Virus record (IMG/VR): IMGVR_UViG_3300032226_000438
DNA: 20,000 bases
Reading direction: 5' to 3' (one strand)
DNA from: an uncultured virus (IMG/VR IMGVR_UViG_3300032226_000438)
Lineage: Duplodnaviria; Heunggongvirae; Uroviricota; Caudoviricetes; Crassvirales
Shown: one piece after another, positions 17,776 through 20,000 of the stretch
Layout of the letters: each line of letters starts with the position of its first letter
Position numbering within the stretch: the first letter of the stretch is position 1
The notes under the pieces: model-generated
The model's database searches: none
Seen by the model: only the letters and a program-made list of their open reading frames with translations
Told to the model about the DNA's origin: nothing
Position numbers and translations under genes: made by a program

Positions 17776-20000
17776 TATGATATACTTAGCTGTTGTTTAG
17801 ATTTCATTATATCAAGTATTATACGAGTTCCTTTTCCATTGAAAAAGAATCTTACATAAAAATACTTATCTTTTATGGATATTTGATTCCATTGTGATGC
17901 ATTATAGTTAACGTTAGTTGCAACAGCATCAATAGGAAAACTAGTTTGAATGTCATTCCATGCTTTACTCATTACAGGACTAGCTGTAGCTAAATCTCTA
18001 ATTGCACTAATTCTATAATTTCTTTCTCTATTACTTACTGTTTTCTTTTTATTATTCCAATCAATATTATAATCTGATTTAGGAATTAATTCTTGTAGTC
18101 CAGTTGACTGTTGTTTAGTATATACCATAAACCTATCAAACGTAGGATAGTTTACATTCTTCCAAGACTTAGTATCATTATCCCAGTCTAGTGATACAGC
18201 ATAATAATCAATAGCATCTAAGTCAACTGTAGTAGGAGCATTAATAACATACTCAAATATACTATCTGTATTTATACCATAGAACTCATTATATATTCTA
18301 CTATCGTGTGAGTATAGTTTACTATTTATAGTACTAAATAAAGTATCAAAACTATTAAAGAAATACTTAGGATGATAACTATGAAAGCTAATCCATGTTT
18401 GATAGTTAAAACTATAACTTATAACAAATGATTTATTCTCTGTTTTATCAAACTCATCTCTTTTATAAACCATTAGTCTTTTAAACTGTGGGTCATAACC
18501 TAATAATATATGTCCAGTTATTGTTGGTAGATATTCTTTAAACCATTGATTACATCCTGAATTAATATCTGTTAATTCTTTCATTCCTTCAGAGAATAAA
18601 AATACTTGTCCAGTTCTATCATCAACAGTTACAAATCCAAATTCAGTAGCAATAAAGTCTTTAGTTCCTTTACCACCACCAAAACCATAATCTACTTTTC
18701 TTATTTCTTGTGGTGGTATAGATAAGAAATCTCCAGTACCTATATATAGTGTACTTACATCTGTATTAATCTCTTGTGGATTTGGTGACATTACAAACAT
18801 ACTCTTTGTAGTACGAACTAATAATCTATTACTACTATAATTTAATGCAGTAATTGGTGATGTACCTACTGATGTAAAGTTATTAGCTAAGTATGTTTGA
18901 AAGAAGTCTGATTTATCTTCACTAAATGATGCAGCAGACCATATTATTCTATTAGGAAATTTAGCAGAACAATCTTCACAGTAATTCCAGTTAGCTGGTA
19001 ATGGGAAATAAGTCTTTCCCATAAACAATCTATTTAAATCTTTATTATATGCGTAGTATTCTTTTGTTTCATTTATTCCATATCTAAGTAATCTATCATC
19101 TTTTGTAGATACTCTATCTCCTTCATCTAATTCTCCTATTTTATTAAAGAAATATTTAGCTAGACCTTCAAAATATGATGTTTTTTTATAAACTACATTA
19201 TTAAATCCATTAAATGTTTCATTCTGTTTAGTACCTAAAATTCTATAGTTAAGATTATATTCTGATTCTAATAATACTTCTGTATATTCTATAGTGTATA
19301 ATTCTCTATCTCTACCTAATCCTAAGAATCCAGCTTCATCTCTATCTTCTAAAAAGAATGTTGTAAGTCTAAACCTATTAATATAAATATCTCCACTATA
19401 ATAATCTACAGTATCTATAGTATTATTTATAGTAGGAGTTAATGCCTTGTATTGTAAACTATTAATAGAAGCATAAGGTCTCGTAGCTTGTTTCTTTAAT
19501 ACATATCCTAGTTGTTGTTCTGCTGATTTAGATATTATATCTGTAGCGTTAAATTGATATTTAAGTTTTACAAAACTTACATCATTAGATTGAAATTGAT
19601 TAGCATAAACTTCACCATCATTGGATTCATATTTACTATAATTCTTAACGTAATAAGTATCTGCAACTGTTTGATAAATAGGATTATTACTTGAGTTAGA
19701 ATAATTATAATTCCTATTAAGTAATGTAGTAACAGCGTGTAGTACAGGATTTAAATATATTCTTAGAAACTCATTCTTAATCTTATAAAATAAATCTCCT
19801 TTAGTCTTACTTTTTTTATTAGGTAATATTATTTTATCTTCAGTTTCATTATACCAAACTGTAGTAGTATCTGTTTTATCTAAATCAAATACACAAGGAA
19901 TACTAATGTAATCAGTTCTAATTCCTTCTCCAGCTAATTCTTTAACACATAGTGTAGCATATACTGTATCACTAATACTATTAGTTAATGATGGTCTAAA
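17775..20000 (-). CDS. Tail muzzle / tail stabilization protein of crAss-like phage (crAss001 gp44-like, P22 gp10-related); 5'-truncated, at least 741 aa
   Basis: I read the frame codon by codon from 19028 to 20000 and found no stop, so the track's TTG start is internal. The sequence is aromatic and beta-rich: YSGDIYINRF, EYYAYNKDL, YCEDCSAKFPNRIIWS, LYIGTGDFLSIPP, LLGYDPQFKRL, WISFHSYHP. It sits immediately upstream of the cargo genes. Confidence 0.72.
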   Translation of the reverse strand, partial: FRPSLTNSISDTVYATLCVKELAGEGIRTDYISIPCVFDLDKTDTTTVWYNETEDKIILPNKKSKTKGDLFYKIKNEFLRIYLNPVLHAVTTLLNRNYNYSNSSNNPIYQTVADTYYVKNYSKYESNDGEVYANQFQSNDVSFVKLKYQFNATDIISKSAEQQLGYVLKKQATRPYASINSLQYKALTPTINNTIDTVDYYSGDIYINRFRLTTFFLEDRDEAGFLGLGRDRELYTIEYTEVLLESEYNLNYRILGTKQNETFNGFNNVVYKKTSYFEGLAKYFFNKIGELDEGDRVSTKDDRLLRYGINETKEYYAYNKDLNRLFMGKTYFPLPANWNYCEDCSAKFPNRIIWSAASFSEDKSDFFQTYLANNFTSVGTSPITALNYSSNRLLVRTTKSMFVMSPNPQEINTDVSTLYIGTGDFLSIPPQEIRKVDYGFGGGKGTKDFIATEFGFVTVDDRTGQVFLFSEGMKELTDINSGCNQWFKEYLPTITGHILLGYDPQFKRLMVYKRDEFDKTENKSFVISYSFNYQTWISFHSYHPKYFFNSFDTLFSTINSKLYSHDSRIYNEFYGINTDSIFEYVINAPTTVDLDAIDYYAVSLDWDNDTKSWKNVNYPTFDRFMVYTKQQSTGLQELIPKSDYNIDWNNKKKTVSNRERNYRISAIRDLATASPVMSKAWNDIQTSFPIDAVATNVNYNASQWNQISIKDKYFYVRFFFNGKGTRIILDIMKSKQQLSIS

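Noticed and set aside
19026..19028. TTG start given by the track for the 417-aa ORF
   Set aside because: The frame stays open upstream to the window edge, so this is an internal Leu codon.
1..20000. RNA genes, terminators, CRISPR arrays or DNA tandem repeats
   Set aside because: Intergenic space totals only about 15 nt. The short triplet runs (tca, tgt, agt) are explained by amino-acid runs in coding sequence.

Overview
This very AT-rich window (about 25-28% GC by eye) is almost entirely coding on the minus strand. It looks like the tail-to-cargo module of a crAss-like (Crassvirales or phi14:2-related) phage of Bacteroidota. In transcription order it has four genes: a 5'-truncated tail muzzle/stabilization protein (>20000..17775), two ~710-aa putative ejected cargo proteins (17775..15649 and 15642..13492), and one giant uninterrupted ORF that the supplied track missed (ATG at 13482, open to the window edge, at least 4494 codons). 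The giant protein carries a crAss-type two-barrel virion RNA polymerase (YRIPTEDKYS...GLDFDIDK, DFDID at 2473-2487). It also has an N-terminal Gly/Ala-rich putative membrane-insertion region and a PD-(D/E)XK nuclease with intact motifs. More tentatively, it contains a degenerate P-loop-like domain, a possible dead zincin remnant and the start of a possible SLOG-like domain after the polymerase. All short plus-strand ORFs are antisense shadows. Domain calls come from manual translation and recalled motifs, not from database searches.
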